A stretch of 64,000 nucleotides of DNA from Cladosporium halotolerans (taxonomy: Eukaryota): NCBI RefSeq assembly GCF_011745625.1, contig NW_027191456.1:744001-808000 (forward strand). Direction: 5' to 3'. A program made the position numbers and the translations under genes. The notes below the pieces were generated by a model that was given only the letters and a program-made list of their open reading frames with translations, made no database searches and was not told the origin of the DNA. Positions within the stretch are counted from its first letter, which is position 1; each line of letters opens with the position of its first letter. This document shows positions 11,481-23,754 of the stretch, one piece after another.

Positions 11481-12302
11481 TTACTTCGCAGAGTACTTGG
11501 CCTTGCCAAAGTCCCAAGGGACGTACCTGCAAAAGGTGTCGTGTGAGCACATCGCTTCCAACCATGTCCGTCAACATATAGCAAAAACTCACCTGTACTT
11601 GATCATGCTCTGAATCTGCCTCCTCATGGTCAGGAACACCAGGATCAGCCAGTAGACGACGAGGACGGGCCAGAAGACGGGCAGGTTGAAGATCTCGCTC
11701 CAGCTGCACAGGAAGGCGATGCAGATGGCGCGCGTGGCCGAGTGCCAGAACTTGAACTCGGGGAGACGGCGAACGAACGGCTTGAACTCCTCGTCGCTCT
11801 TGGTCGGCAGAGACGACTGGCCCGCCGGCACGCCGTCTTCCATGTCCGTGTCCGTCTCCAGGCTCGGGTCGAATTTCGGCGAGATGAAAGCGAGGAAGAG
11901 GTTGAGGAGGTAGATGCCGAGGGAGTAGGCGACTGTGTAATGCAGTGTTAGTCGAGCTGCTGCTTTTGTTCAGGCTGTCGCATACGACCCCTGTGTTGGG
12001 CCTGCTTCTCTGGACGTACCAATGTACCAGCCTTGCGCGAACACTATGCGCAGGCCGAAAAGGAAGAAGACTGTCCCCGTCGCAACCCATCGGTATGCGG
12101 TGTATGGTGTGGACTTGTCCAGGTAGTTTTGGTACATCTGTCCGGTCATCGTCAGCCTTCACCCCTATTGCGCCGACACATCCCATATGCACAACTGCAC
12201 TACATGCCAAGCGGTATCCTCCCGCGCGTGACTAACCCTCTGGAATTTCGTCGTCTGCGCGCTCACGGCAGCGAAAGGCGTCTCGGGCTCCGGCGCATCC
12301 AT
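11481..12302 (-). CDS. RER1: Golgi-to-ER retrieval receptor Rer1, four exons
   Basis: Spliced product contains YLDKSTPY..RW, QGWYIVAYSLGIYLLNLFLAFISPKFDP, EEFKPFVRRLPEFKFW, PVFWPVLVVYW and MIKYRYVPWDFGKAKY. Confidence 0.95.
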
Positions 12303-12843
12303 CTTCGCTGCTGTTGCCTGTGATTTCCAATTCCGAGCTCTTCTATTCCAAACAGTAGCGGACTCGTAGGCGCTCTGACAGTCCAATGTGTAGTCAGACG
12401 GTGCGAAAAGCAGTTGTGGTTGTTGCGGCAGTCAAACGGTCGTCGAAAAGCCCCAAGGCGGGAGATCGGTGGGCGTTGGCGCTGAATGTTGAAGAACAGA
12501 TTGCGGCAACAGCTGTCTAGCCCGCGTGGCGTGGCTGCCGCGCGCTGTGGCTCAGCGAGATTCGAAGCCTCCAGCCATCCAGGGTCGAATCCGCCTTGCC
12601 CCTGGCTGACAGAACGCCGTGCCATGATGGGGTGGACATGCCCACGACTTCTGGCCACTCGTCCCCGTTCGACCTCGGCCTCCAGATTACGTCGGGTCGA
12701 TAGCAGCTGTCGGAGCTCTGGCCGTGGCTATCGTCGGCTTGCCCATATAACCCGACGCAACATGTAGCTCTCTATAACACCGCTCTACCTGCGAGCCATT
12801 GCAGCCACAACTCTCACCAAATCAACACCACACACCCGCCAGA

Positions 12844-13774
12844 ATGCTCGCCTCCCGCTTCAGGCCCTGCGCCTCGCAATTCAACAAGTTCATCGTCCCC
12901 CTCCGCGCCCGCTACTCCAGCGCAACCGAAGCGCAATATGAGTTCGTCAAAGTGACCACGCCCCGCCCAGGTGTAGGCATGAGTTCGTCCCCTCCCACTC
13001 CCACCCTTTAAGCCTCAACACCCAAACTCTTACAAAACCACAGTCGAGCTCCACCGCCCCAAAGCCCTCAACGCCCTCTTCACCCCGCTCATCGCCGACC
13101 TGAACCGCGCGCTCAAGTCCCTCGACTCCTCCCCCACCATCAACGCCATCGTCCTCACCGGCAGCCACAAAGCCTTCGCCGCCGGCGCCGACATCAAAGA
13201 AATGGCGCCCAAATCCTTCGCCGACGCCTACGGCGCCGACTTCATCGAGTCCTGGTCCGAGCTGCCGAACCTCATCAAGAAGCCCGTGCTCGCGGCCGTC
13301 AACGGGCACGCGCTGGGCGGCGGCGCCGAGCTGGCCATGATGGCCGACGTGCTGTACTGCAGCGCGGGCGCGAACTTCGGGCAGCCGGAGATCAAGCTGG
13401 GCGTGATCCCGGGCGCGGGCGGGAGCCAGAGGCTGACGCGGGCGATCGGGAAGAGCAGGGCGATGGAGCTGATTCTGACGGGGCGGAATTTCAGCGGGAA
13501 AGAGGCCGGCGAGTGGGGGCTTGCGGCGAGGGTGTTTGAGTCGCCGGAGGAGTGTGTGCAGGGGGCGTTGGACGCGGCGGAGACGATTGCGGGCTATTCG
13601 CGGATTGCGGTCAAGGCGGCCAAGGAGGCGGTTAATAAGAGTCAGGATTTGGGGATTAGGGAGGGCGTGGAGTACGAGAGGAGGATTTTCCATGGGTTGT
13701 TTGGGAGTGAGGATCAGAAGATTGGGATGAAGGCTTTCGCGGAGAAGAAGAAGCCGGAGTGGGTGCATAGGTAG
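12844..13774 (+). CDS. ECHS1: Mitochondrial short-chain enoyl-CoA hydratase (crotonase family)
   Basis: Arg-rich presequence and intron 12983-13043. Motifs LHRPKALNAL, AFAAGADIKEM, ALGGGAELAM and FGQPEIKLGVIPGAGGSQRL. Confidence 0.93.
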
Positions 13775-13921
13775 GTGAGGTGGTGGGAGCGTGAGTGTAC
13801 AATTATTAGAGGGAGAACGGAATATGACCAGACCAAGAATCAGAGGAAAGACACATTCCTCAAAACAATATCTCATTCCTACATGTCATCATATCATAAA
13901 CCTCGTAAACCAACAAACCCA

Positions 13922-14331
13922 TCACGTCTCCTTCCTAATTCCCAACTCCAAGTGATCCGCCCCGCCCGCCGTCTGGTTCTCAACCTGCTTAGCCGCATCG
14001 ACATTCGTGCCTCCGACTGTCTCACCCTTGCCTAACCGTACACATCAGTATTGACATCTCGAGTCAACAGGCTTCTTTCACTACTCACTCTTCCCCATCG
14101 CAGCGATGTCCTGCCCCGCCTGGTCGGACTTCTTCGACTGCCCGCCGCGCATGTCCATGCTACCGCCCATGGCGTTGCCGACGGCGTTGGAGATGCCTTG
14201 GAGGCCGCCTGGGAGGTGTTGTTTAGTCGGCGTGCTCTTAAAAGTTTTGGGAGTTGGGATGTCTGAGGGGGATGGCAAGGGGACGTACCGCTAGCGGAGC
14301 CTTTGAGGGCGTCGCGCATGGATTCGGTCAT
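13922..14331 (-). CDS. Small (90 aa) Gly/Ala/Ser-rich hydrophilic protein, three exons, unknown function
   Basis: Exons 14331-14289, 14208-14089 and 14031-13922. Introns GTACGT..CAG and GTGAGT..CTGAT..TAG keep the frame, giving 273 nt including the stop. Confidence 0.65.
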
Positions 14332-14853
14332 GGTTGCTTGCTTGGCTTGGTTTGGGTAAGGGTTTCTTTGATTGTTTGAAATGATTTGGAGTTTTTTTTT
14401 TAGTGTCAAACTGTCGTGGAGGAGGCAAGAGGAGTTGCGGCGGTTAAGAGGTCCTGCGTGGCGCGGCGGTCGTGGTCTGGTCCTTCCAAGGTCGGGTCAG
14501 ATGACGTAGGCCCTTGCCGCGTGTCGGTGATCGACGATAGCTAGGGGGATCTGTACGGCGTCGCTTGTAGAGTACATGCGAGCCTACAGGGTACGGCAGA
14601 GGTTTGTGAGACGTCGCATAATAAGGCACTGGTAGATTCAAAGGTCTGTGGTTGTTGATTTGAATAGGTCGTAAAGACTACGTAAGTAAGCTGGATACCT
14701 TACTACACCAACGCCTCGCTTGACTCTGCTCCGTCTGAAGACATTCTCGATGAATACTTTTGCCCTTCCAACTCAGCGACTCCTCAACACTTCCTTCCAT
14801 TGTCCCAGGTCGTCCCACCACCTTCAATTTGAACGTCTTCATTCCACCACTTT

Positions 14854-17105
14854 CTACAACTCCTTCTTACTCTCCCCCTCAGCAGCCTCCGTCGCCGCCC
14901 TAGCAATCAACCCAGCACCCACCTGCGCACTCTCAGTCCAATGCCTCTGACGCGCCCAGAAGCGTCCCTCCGGCGTCGAAGCGTGCAGACTACCAGTCCT
15001 AGCCTCCTCTTCCAGACTGGCACGAGTGATCTGGTCCGCCTTCTCGCTGATCGGCGGAAGTCTGTGAGTCTGGTCGAGCGACTCCTGGAAGTATTTCTGG
15101 CGGACGGCGAAGCGGTCCTTACGCTCCTTCTGCCTGCCAGGCGAGTCGATCTTGCTGATGGCGAAAGCGATGGCCCAGCGCAGGAAGAGGTAGAGGTGCT
15201 CGGAGAAGAAAATGGAGAGCAGCAGGGCCCAGCCCTTGATGGCGTGCGGGCTGCCGTCGGGCCCGACGCCGTCGTCGCTGTACAGGTACACGAGCGCAGC
15301 CATGGTGATGCTGCCGAGCCAGCTGAGGAAGCTCAGCGACTCGAGCCAGGGCCCAATGGTGTCGGCGCGCCAGGGCGTGGGCCGCTGCATCTCGACGCAG
15401 ATTTTGATCGCGTCGGCGCGCAGCTCGATCCAGTTGTTGACCAGGAAGCTAACGGGGACCAACGGCCAGACGACGCTAAACAGCGCCAGGTAGCCGAACT
15501 GCAGGACCATTTCGCGGAGGTCGGTGGTCACGTCGTAGACGTCGAGCTCGGCTTCGGAGCGGATTCGGTAGAGGAATTCTTTCTCTTCCGGCACGTCGTC
15601 GATGGAGACGGAGGGTCTGGCGCCGCCGTTCTTCTGAGCGCGCTTCGATTGCATCTCCTTGAATTTCATGAAACCTTGCCTCTTCAGGTAAGGGACGATG
15701 ACCTCCATAGCGAGGTTTACAATCTGCGCCGTAACGGTGAAGTAGATAACTTGCTTTCGAAGGCGAGACGGGTTGATCGTCCATGCGCTGGTGGGTGGCG
15801 ACTCGAGTTGCTTGTCGTCTTCGGCGAATGGCTTGACGGTCAAACTGAAGACGTCCAGGTAGGGCACGATGAGGGCGCCAAACGGAACGTAGACGAATGC
15901 CGTCAGAAGCACTGGAAGGTAGGAGGTGATGAAGTTGAGAACGAAGATCTTCCTTGTCATCGACTTCTCATACGCTGAGTCTGTTTCGTAGTTTTCGTAC
16001 TCGCTGATTTGAGTGGCGATCTTGGTGAGAATTCCATTCAGGAGAGGCAGGCCAGTGGTGAGTAAGACCGTCGGAAGGAAGACCAGCACGGACTTGAGCG
16101 GACCATTGTAGACCTCGCTGATGAAGATCTCAATGCCGAACGCTGTCGCGATCAAGGTGCCGAGTAGGATGACGGATAGGATAATGAATGGTCCCTGCAG
16201 CAGCTGCCTCTTGAGACGTTCAGTGGGAGAGAACACGTATTGGGTCTCGCCAGTTACTGGGTCAGTGACCTCTTTCTCATGTTTGAAGTCCTTCCGCTTC
16301 GTCTCGATGTTGCTGACACCGCGAACGCCCCAGCGTACGGCAAGATCAGCCTCCTCGTGCTTCCAGTATTCAACAAAGACAATGCACCAGATTCCAGCAA
16401 AGATGGCGAAGATCGGGCTGTTTGCGCCGAGGAACAACCAGGCACCCAGACCCAACGCAGCTGGCACAGCGAGGAAGGTAAAGTAGGATTGAGTGAAGGC
16501 GAAGTAAAAGGCAATTTTCTCGCCCAAGCGGTTACGGATCTCATCCAAATCCTCAGACGTCAAGAGGTACTGTGTGCTCCACTTCTTGATCCATTGCTTG
16601 TTGTAGGTGTGGTCGTGCAGGGCGAAGATGCTCTCCACGTTCTCCCATTCTCCCTTCTTGGGAGTAATTCCGGCACCGCCTTCGACCACAGGGTTTGTCA
16701 TGAGCTGGTGGATGATGCGCAGACGCTCGGCTTCGGTCAATGGTTCCCTTTCCAGAGACTGTTTGACCTCTTTCTCCGGCGCGGCACTTCTCACGCCATG
16801 CATCCAGTCGCGGACACGGCTGCGGTAGATCTCGCCGAACATGTGCTCCTCGCTGGCCACCTTGACGAATACGAGGAGTGAGTGGTTCTCGCCATTGCGG
16901 ACTTCAGTCGCAAGGCCAACGGTCGCAAGAGCTTTGGCGAGCTGCTGGAAGCGTTGCTCGGCCTTTTCCTTGTCTGGGGAAGTCAGCTCCCGCCCATTCT
17001 AAATCAGCCAGATCCATTGGCTCTAAACTTACCGGTGCTCGCAAAGCGAAAGACTACGACGTAGTCCACGCCCATGTTGGTCAAGATCCCCTGACTCTTA
17101 GCCAT
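14854..17105 (-). CDS. IST2: Anoctamin/TMEM16 family Ca2+-activated lipid scramblase or channel
   Basis: Intron 16974-17032. Motifs VDYVVVFRF, IRNRLGEKIAFYFAF, YENYET, NLAMEVIVP, DLREMVLQFGY, NNWIELRAD and RADTIGPW, plus multiple TM segments. Confidence 0.93.
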
Positions 17106-17728
17106 GGTGATCAAGTCGCCTGGGACGAGTTGACTCGCAACAAGCTGGCTGAAGCTCCTAGCAAAGCGGTTCTTGACTGCAAGGTTCGCAGGTTTAGCGG
17201 AAGTGGTGCTACTTGTGGTATTGTCGTTGTTAGGGACCGATAGGGATGCCTTCGGCGTCGAGGCCTGTGACCCAGGGGTTGTGAGTGAAGCCACAATTAT
17301 CGCCAGCAAGCCGCCGCCTCTGTGTTGAGGCCAGCGAAATAAGACGAGGGGCAGGTACTGAAGAAGCTCCGACGCCTCTTCCCACGTCAGCTGCGGTTCG
17401 TCAACCAAGTTTCGAGCGTGCACTGCAGCTGCCGCGGGACACAGCGTCACCGCGGCCGTGTGGAAAACGCTGACGACGTCACACTGCATGCCGATCGCTG
17501 CCCCAAAGATGCCACCCCACTACAGCTGTTGCTTGCCTGAGCTGCGGCCACCGCCAAATGTTGCTGTGGTATCGAGTCGAATGAGGTTCTAATCAATTGC
17601 CGTCAAAATATCGATGGGTTTTCGGAATTCAGCCATTGGCGATCACTAAAAATTACCGGCGGCCAGACAACAATGCCAACGACCTCCGCGTGAAATCTCG
17701 CCCACCAGCACAACAAAGGCCGACAACA

Positions 17729-18730
17729 ATGGCATCCCTCCTCGCGCCAACCTCACCCTTCGACCGGCCCTCACTCGCCTACACCCTCCTAACTCAACCT
17801 CTCCACCTCGTCCTCCGCCTCCTCTCCCACCTCCTCACCTCCCTCCGTCCTCCACCCAACCGCCACCCGCGCCCCATCCGCCTCGTCTGCATCTCCGACA
17901 CCCACTCCCTCGATCCCGGCGCCATCCCCCCCGGCGACATCCTGATCCACGCCGGCGACATAACCGCCCACGGCACGCCGTCCGAACTCCAAACCGCAAT
18001 CGACACCCTCTCCGCCCTCCCCCACCCGCACAAATTCATCATAGCCGGCAACCACGACACCTACCTCGACCCCAGCAGCCGCGCCACCCTCTCCGCCTCC
18101 GACGCGGCCTTCCCCCCCAAAAACCTCTCATGGCGCTCCCTCACCTACCTCCAGCACACAACCACAACCCTGCACCTGCCCTCGCACAACCGCACGCTCA
18201 CCCTCCACGGCAGCCCGCAGACGCCCCTGCCGGACCCGACCTTCGCCTTCACCTACGCCCGCGGCCAGGACGCCTGGGCGCGCACCGTGCCGCTGTCGAC
18301 AGACGTCCTGATCACGCACACGCCGCCCAAACACCACCTCGACCTCCCCGCCGCGCTCGGCTGCGAACACCTGGCGGCCGAAGTCGCGCGCGTGAAACCG
18401 CTGGTGCACGTGTTCGGGCACGTGCACGCCGCGCGGAGCGATTTCGAAGGGCGGGTGACGGGGGCGCGGGAGAGGGTTGTGTGGGGCGCGGGGCAGAAGG
18501 CGCTGGAGAGCGGGCTGGCGAGGCGGGCGCGGGGGTGTGTTTGGGATGTGTTGAATTTGGGGCTGTGGTGGGATTTGGGGCGGGTGGTGTACTATGGGGT
18601 CGGGGCGGTGTTGTGGGAGAGGGTTTGGGGCGGGGCGAGCGGGGAGGCGAGCACGGTTATGGTGAATGCGGCGATGATGTGGGAGGGGAGTGGGCGGTTG
18701 GGGAATGAGGCGCAGGTGGTGGAGGTTTGA
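17729..18730 (+). CDS. Calcineurin-like metallophosphoesterase (MPPED/239FB-like)
   Basis: Motifs VCISDTH, LIHAGD, IAGNHD, LITHTPP and HVFGHVH. Confidence 0.9.
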   Translation: MASLLAPTSPFDRPSLAYTLLTQPLHLVLRLLSHLLTSLRPPPNRHPRPIRLVCISDTHSLDPGAIPPGDILIHAGDITAHGTPSELQTAIDTLSALPHPHKFIIAGNHDTYLDPSSRATLSASDAAFPPKNLSWRSLTYLQHTTTTLHLPSHNRTLTLHGSPQTPLPDPTFAFTYARGQDAWARTVPLSTDVLITHTPPKHHLDLPAALGCEHLAAEVARVKPLVHVFGHVHAARSDFEGRVTGARERVVWGAGQKALESGLARRARGCVWDVLNLGLWWDLGRVVYYGVGAVLWERVWGGASGEASTVMVNAAMMWEGSGRLGNEAQVVEV

Positions 18731-19169
18731 GTGGGAGAGATGGTTGGACAGGCGTGGCGTTTGGTGTTGGCAATCTGTGATATAGCATACAACTACAGGA
18801 AAGGAACGCTCAACGTGTCTAGGCTGCCCGTGGAGATCTTAGCCCGGGACCATGCTGCAACCGGACGTCTTGGGAAGCCGCAGCCGGGGAACGTATTGTT
18901 AGAATAAAACACCCAAAACCCAAGATGACGCTTTTCATATCTCAATCTGTGCAACCTGCCTTTCTTCCCCACTCACTACCATCCCCGGAGGTTCGTATGC
19001 TTTTGCGGACGAAATCAAAGATGGGTATCATTTGTCGTGGTAAACGAGTGTCGTCGATCGGTAGGGAATCTTCAGGCTGTTTAGTATGTGTTGCACAAAA
19101 ACGCCTTCAAATTAAGTCTTCTCCTCGCGGGTAACCCTTCTTTGACAGGGAAATAAGAAAGGATGTTAT

Positions 19170-20958
19170 TCACCAGTAGGGACGGGCATCGTAGCCGCGG
19201 TCATAGCCACCACCCCTCCTGTCACCCCTCGGGCTCGGCGGACGGCCGTAAGGCTCGCGGCCGTGGCCGTTCATGTAAGGATCGGCGTCGTAACCGCCGC
19301 CACCACGCGGAGGCGGGCCCGGCGGAGCGCCGTAGCGGTCGTCGACGTAGCGGCGCGGCGGAGGGTAGTCGTCAATCGGGGGAGGGCCACCACGGCGAGG
19401 CGCGGGGCCGTAGCGGTCCTCACGAGGGTCGTCGTAGTAGCGAGGGGGCGGGGAGCGACGACGGTAGTCGTCACGGCGAGGGCTGTAACCACGAGGAGGT
19501 CCGCGGCGGTCATAGTAGTCGTCCATGGGCGGGCCATGGCCATAGCCGTATCCGCGGCCACGGTAGCCAGGGGAACGAGAGCGGTAGCGAGGCTCGCGAG
19601 GACGCGGAATCTCTGATTGAGGCTGCGAGGGTTTAGTATCAAACGTCGGCTTTTGAGCAGGATACACTCACGTCAGAGACACATGTCACGGGAGCACCCT
19701 TGAAGTCGTGCTGATCAAGCTTCTCCACAGCAGTCGCGAGGTCGGCTGCCGTCTCGTATTCAACGAAACCCTTGCCACCAGAGCCCGTGGTGTCACGGTC
19801 ACGGCTGACTTCACTGTAGACCACGTCAAGACCAGATTGGCGCGCAAAATCCTTCAGGTCCTGTCCATTCGTTAGCATTTGAAAAGATGACTAATACCAG
19901 GCAGTTGAGATAGAGTGTAGAATCTCATCAGAGCCCGGGCAGGGTACCCTTGATGCAATCTCATCTCATGGATCATGTACGTACCTGCCAGCTGGTCTCA
20001 AACGGAAGCCCGGTGATCGTCATACGATGAACGGTGCGACGCGGACGAGGAGCCATGCGTTCCTGGTAACCAGGACCGTCACGGGGACGAGTGCTACCAC
20101 GAGCGAACTGGACTACCAGACGCTCGCCCATGAATTCAGAGCCATCTAACCAGCGATATATGTCAGTAACGGAAAGCATTGTCAGGGATGGATGGCAATG
20201 CTGTTGTAATTCGCGCATCCCATTTGCGTTAGTGAGCAACACTGCCATGAGAAGCACTTACGGAAAGCTAAGAATAAGTCAGCATCTTTATCCAACGAAG
20301 ACAGCACAGGGGTCTGAGACACCTGCAAGGTGAGGTGGCAGTAGGGCTGAGACTTACCTGGCACGACATCACGCGCATCCATCGCATCTTTGTACTCGAT
20401 GAAGCCAAAGCCATTCATGAGCTTGATCTCGGTGATCTCGCCAGTGCCATGGGTGTTGAAGTGGTTCTCAACATCGGCCTTGGTAGCTACAGTGCACGAG
20501 TTCCAGTTAGCGAATTCCGTGGGAGTTGAGTGAAGGCTTGCGAGCCCAGGCTCCAGCTCCGACCGCGATGAGACCAATGCCAGGGAAAGAATGTGTAAGA
20601 GGACGGGACAGTACGACGGGTCAAAGTGAGACTGAAGACGAGGCGCCGATGACGTGCAGGATGAGGCAAGGGAATCAGCCAACGGAAGCCGGTCATGTCC
20701 ACGTCCACACTTCCTGGGCATGCGACGCCGGCGTGTCCTGGTATGCGCGATGGTGCCAACGCAGGGGAGGAAGGGTGCGGAAAGCCATATCGGAAGATCT
20801 TCAAGAAAGCGTACCGTTGCGCGGGAGGTTGCCAAGGTAGAGGCGCTGTCGAGAGAACGTTAGACGGCCAGTTCGAGGGCGCAATTCCTTGCGGGAGTGA
20901 AAGATCTCTTCTCTTTGTGGGCACTAACAGTATCGGGAGCTTTGCCTTCGGGCTCCAT
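19170..20958 (-). CDS. SR-family pre-mRNA splicing factor (RRM, pseudo-RRM and Arg/Pro/Asp/Tyr-rich tail), Srp2/Npl3-like, seven exons
   Basis: Spliced product MEPEGKAPDT-RLYLGNLPRNATKADVE..GFGFIEY..VVPAFHGSEFMGERLVVQFA..SWQDLKDFAR (pseudo-RRM hallmark)..GFVEYE, followed by an RSRSP tail. Confidence 0.9.
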
Positions 20959-21469
20959 GGTTACGGGTGTCCTGTCCTGTAACGGGCGTCCTTCAAAGCG
21001 TGGAGCTTCCTGTCCTTCCTTGTGGGTGTTAGGGGCCAGCCTTATCGAGTGAGTGGCTGGAGGTCAAGCGCAAAGATGAGGCGACAATGTTGCACCAGTC
21101 CGTGGATGGCCAGTGACGGGTTGTGCAGATGCGCGGCACACGAGTTGCAGATGCAATGACGAGGTGGAGGTGATGAAAGCGGTTGCGGAGAAGGCAGGGC
21201 GGCGACGGTTGCGCCGCGCCGGCGCCAAGACGCCAGAAGTCGTGACAGGTTTAACAGACATCTGGCAGCCCGCTGAATCCCTGTAGCGAGACGATGGCTC
21301 TGAGGAAGCGTTGCGAGCAACGCGATTCAGCACACGTAATGCTACGCTGGATATCGATACATGCGAAAGCACATTACATAGTTTTACCGAGGATCACTAG
21401 ATTTCTCGATGATCGATAATGCATCGGTCCGTCGTATGCGTGGCGTTTGACCTCGGAAAGGCGAAGCAG

Positions 21470-21516
21470 CCAATGAGTGAAGCAGCATTTTTGTCCAGAT
21501 AAGCCGAGCGGCCAAT
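21470..21516 (+). promoter_or_regulatory. Two CCAAT boxes in the divergent SR / ETF-QO promoter
   Basis: AGCCAATGA at 21468 and GGCCAATCT at 21510, about 150-190 bp upstream of the ETF-QO ATG. Confidence 0.45.
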
Positions 21517-21663
21517 CTTGCCTCTCACGATCTTAGCCGAGGAGCTTTCCACTACGCCGGGCATGACGGTATGAGTGCTCGCTGTACCCGACCACTTCTC
21601 CTCGCCTTGTGTTTCTCGCCTTGAGCTGGCTCGCGAGCCTCACCTTTTCCTTCACCCGAAATC

Positions 21664-23682
21664 ATGTCAGTCCCCAGCATGCTATCGGCTACTGTGAGGC
21701 GGCGCGCCTTGCAGTCACCTGCAGCTTCCGCCAGCGCATTCGCCGCCGCAAAGCCCTCCGCCGTGAGCAATGCTCTGGCCTCCAGATGCCTCGTGAGAGG
21801 ATACCGACCAGCACTCGTTACAGCTGGCCAAAGACGCACATTCACGGACACCCCTCGACGACGATTTGCCACACCGGACAACAACTTTGATCCTTCTACA
21901 TTCGAGCGAGAGGTGGACGAGGTGGACGTCTGCATTGTTGGTGGCGGACCCGCAGGCTTGAGTGCCGCCATCAAGCTTAAACAACTCGCGAACGAGGCCG
22001 GCAATGAGGACTTCCGCGTGCTCCTTCTGGAAAAGGCCGGCGAGCTGGGAGACCATATTGTCAGCGGCAATGTCGTCGAGCCGTCCGCGATCAACGAACT
22101 CATCCCCGACTGGCTTTCAGAGGACAACCCGAACCGCTTCGAGAACGCCACGCCCGCATTGGAGGACCGCATGCGATTCCTGACCAAGAACAAGTCCTTC
22201 CCGATCCCTAAGCCGCCTGAGATGAACAACCACGGCAATTACATTATTTCATTGAACGAGTTCACAAAGTGGCTTGGCGAGAGGGCAGAAGAGGTGGGCG
22301 TCGAGATATACCCTGGCTTCGCGGCGTCCGAAGTCTTGTACACACCGCAGGGCGAGGTTAAGGGCGTTGCCACAAATGATCTGGGTATCTCCAGGTCCGG
22401 TCAGCCCAAAGACAGCTTCGAGCGCGGTATGGAGTTCCACGCTCGGTGTACACTCCTCGGAGAGGGCTGCCACGGTAGCTTGACGAAGCAGGTGACCAAG
22501 AAGTACGACCTCCGCCGCGACAGCCAGCACCAGACCTATGGCCTCGGTATTAAGGAAGTTTGGGAGATCGACCCGGCGAAGTTCCAGAAGGGTCTTGTTG
22601 TACACAGCATGGGTTACCCGCTGCCCAACGACACATACGGCGGCGCCTGGATGTACCACTTTGGCGACAACCTAGTCTCGATCGGTCTTGTCGTTGGCCT
22701 TGATTACCCCAACCCCTGGCTAGCACCGTACGGCGAGTTCCAGAAGATGAAGCACCACCCGCAGTACTCCCAATATCTCGAAGGTGGCAAATGCATCTCC
22801 TACGGCGCGCGCGCACTGAACGAGGGCGGCTTCCAGTCCATCCCCAAATGCGCCTTCCCCGGCGGCGCTCTCATCGGCGACACCGCAGGCTTCCTCAACG
22901 TCCCCAAGATCAAGGGAACGCACACCGCCATGCGCTCCGGCATGCTCGCGGCCGAAGCCGCCTACGACGCTCTGAAAGAGACCTCCGACACCGGCAACGC
23001 GGTCTTCCTGTACGACTACGAAGACAAGCTGCGCAACAGCAGCATCTGGAAGGAACTGAAGGCTGTCCGCAACATGCGCCCGTCCTTCCACACGCCGCTC
23101 GGCATCTGGGGCGGCATCGCGTACTCCGGCCTCGAGGCCTACCTGTTCCGCGGCAAGATGCCCTGGACGCTCAAGCACGGCAAGCCCGACCACGCGCGCA
23201 CCAAGCTCGCGGACGAGTGCGAGAAGATCGAGTACCCCAAGCCCGACGGCAAGATCAGCTTCGACATCATGACGTCCGTCAGCAGGACGGGCACGAACCA
23301 CGAGGAGGACTCGCCGTGCCATTTGAAGGTCGCCGACTGGGATAAGCACGCGGAGCTCGAGTGGCCGAAGTACAAGGGCGTGGAGAACAGGTTCTGCCCC
23401 GCTGGTGTGTACGAGTATCCTGAGGATGAGAGCAAGGAGCTCGGCGTGCGGTTCCAGATCAACTCGCAGAAGTGAGTGCTCCTTACGTTGTTTGCGTTGA
23501 GACGCAGTCGCTGACTGAATCTCTTAGCTGCATCCACTGCAAGACTTGCGATATCAAGGTACCGGACCAGGACATCACGTAAGTTCGATCGATTCGAGAT
23601 CAAAGCCCGGACGACTGCTAACATTATCACTAGCTGGACTACCCCTCAGGGAGGCGAGGGCCCCAAGTACACCATGACCTAA
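21664..23682 (+). CDS. ETFDH: Mitochondrial electron transfer flavoprotein-ubiquinone oxidoreductase
   Basis: Presequence, FAD motif DVCIVGGGPAGLSAAI, FLNVPKIKGTH and RFCPAGVYE. Two 3' introns restore NCIHCKTCDIK (4Fe-4S) and the end PQGGEGPKYTMT. Confidence 0.96.
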
Positions 23683-23754
23683 GCAAAATACCCATCCACC
23701 GTCAGTGTCTGGCTGTCGCGTGCTGATTCTGACTGTACATATTCGTGCATATTG

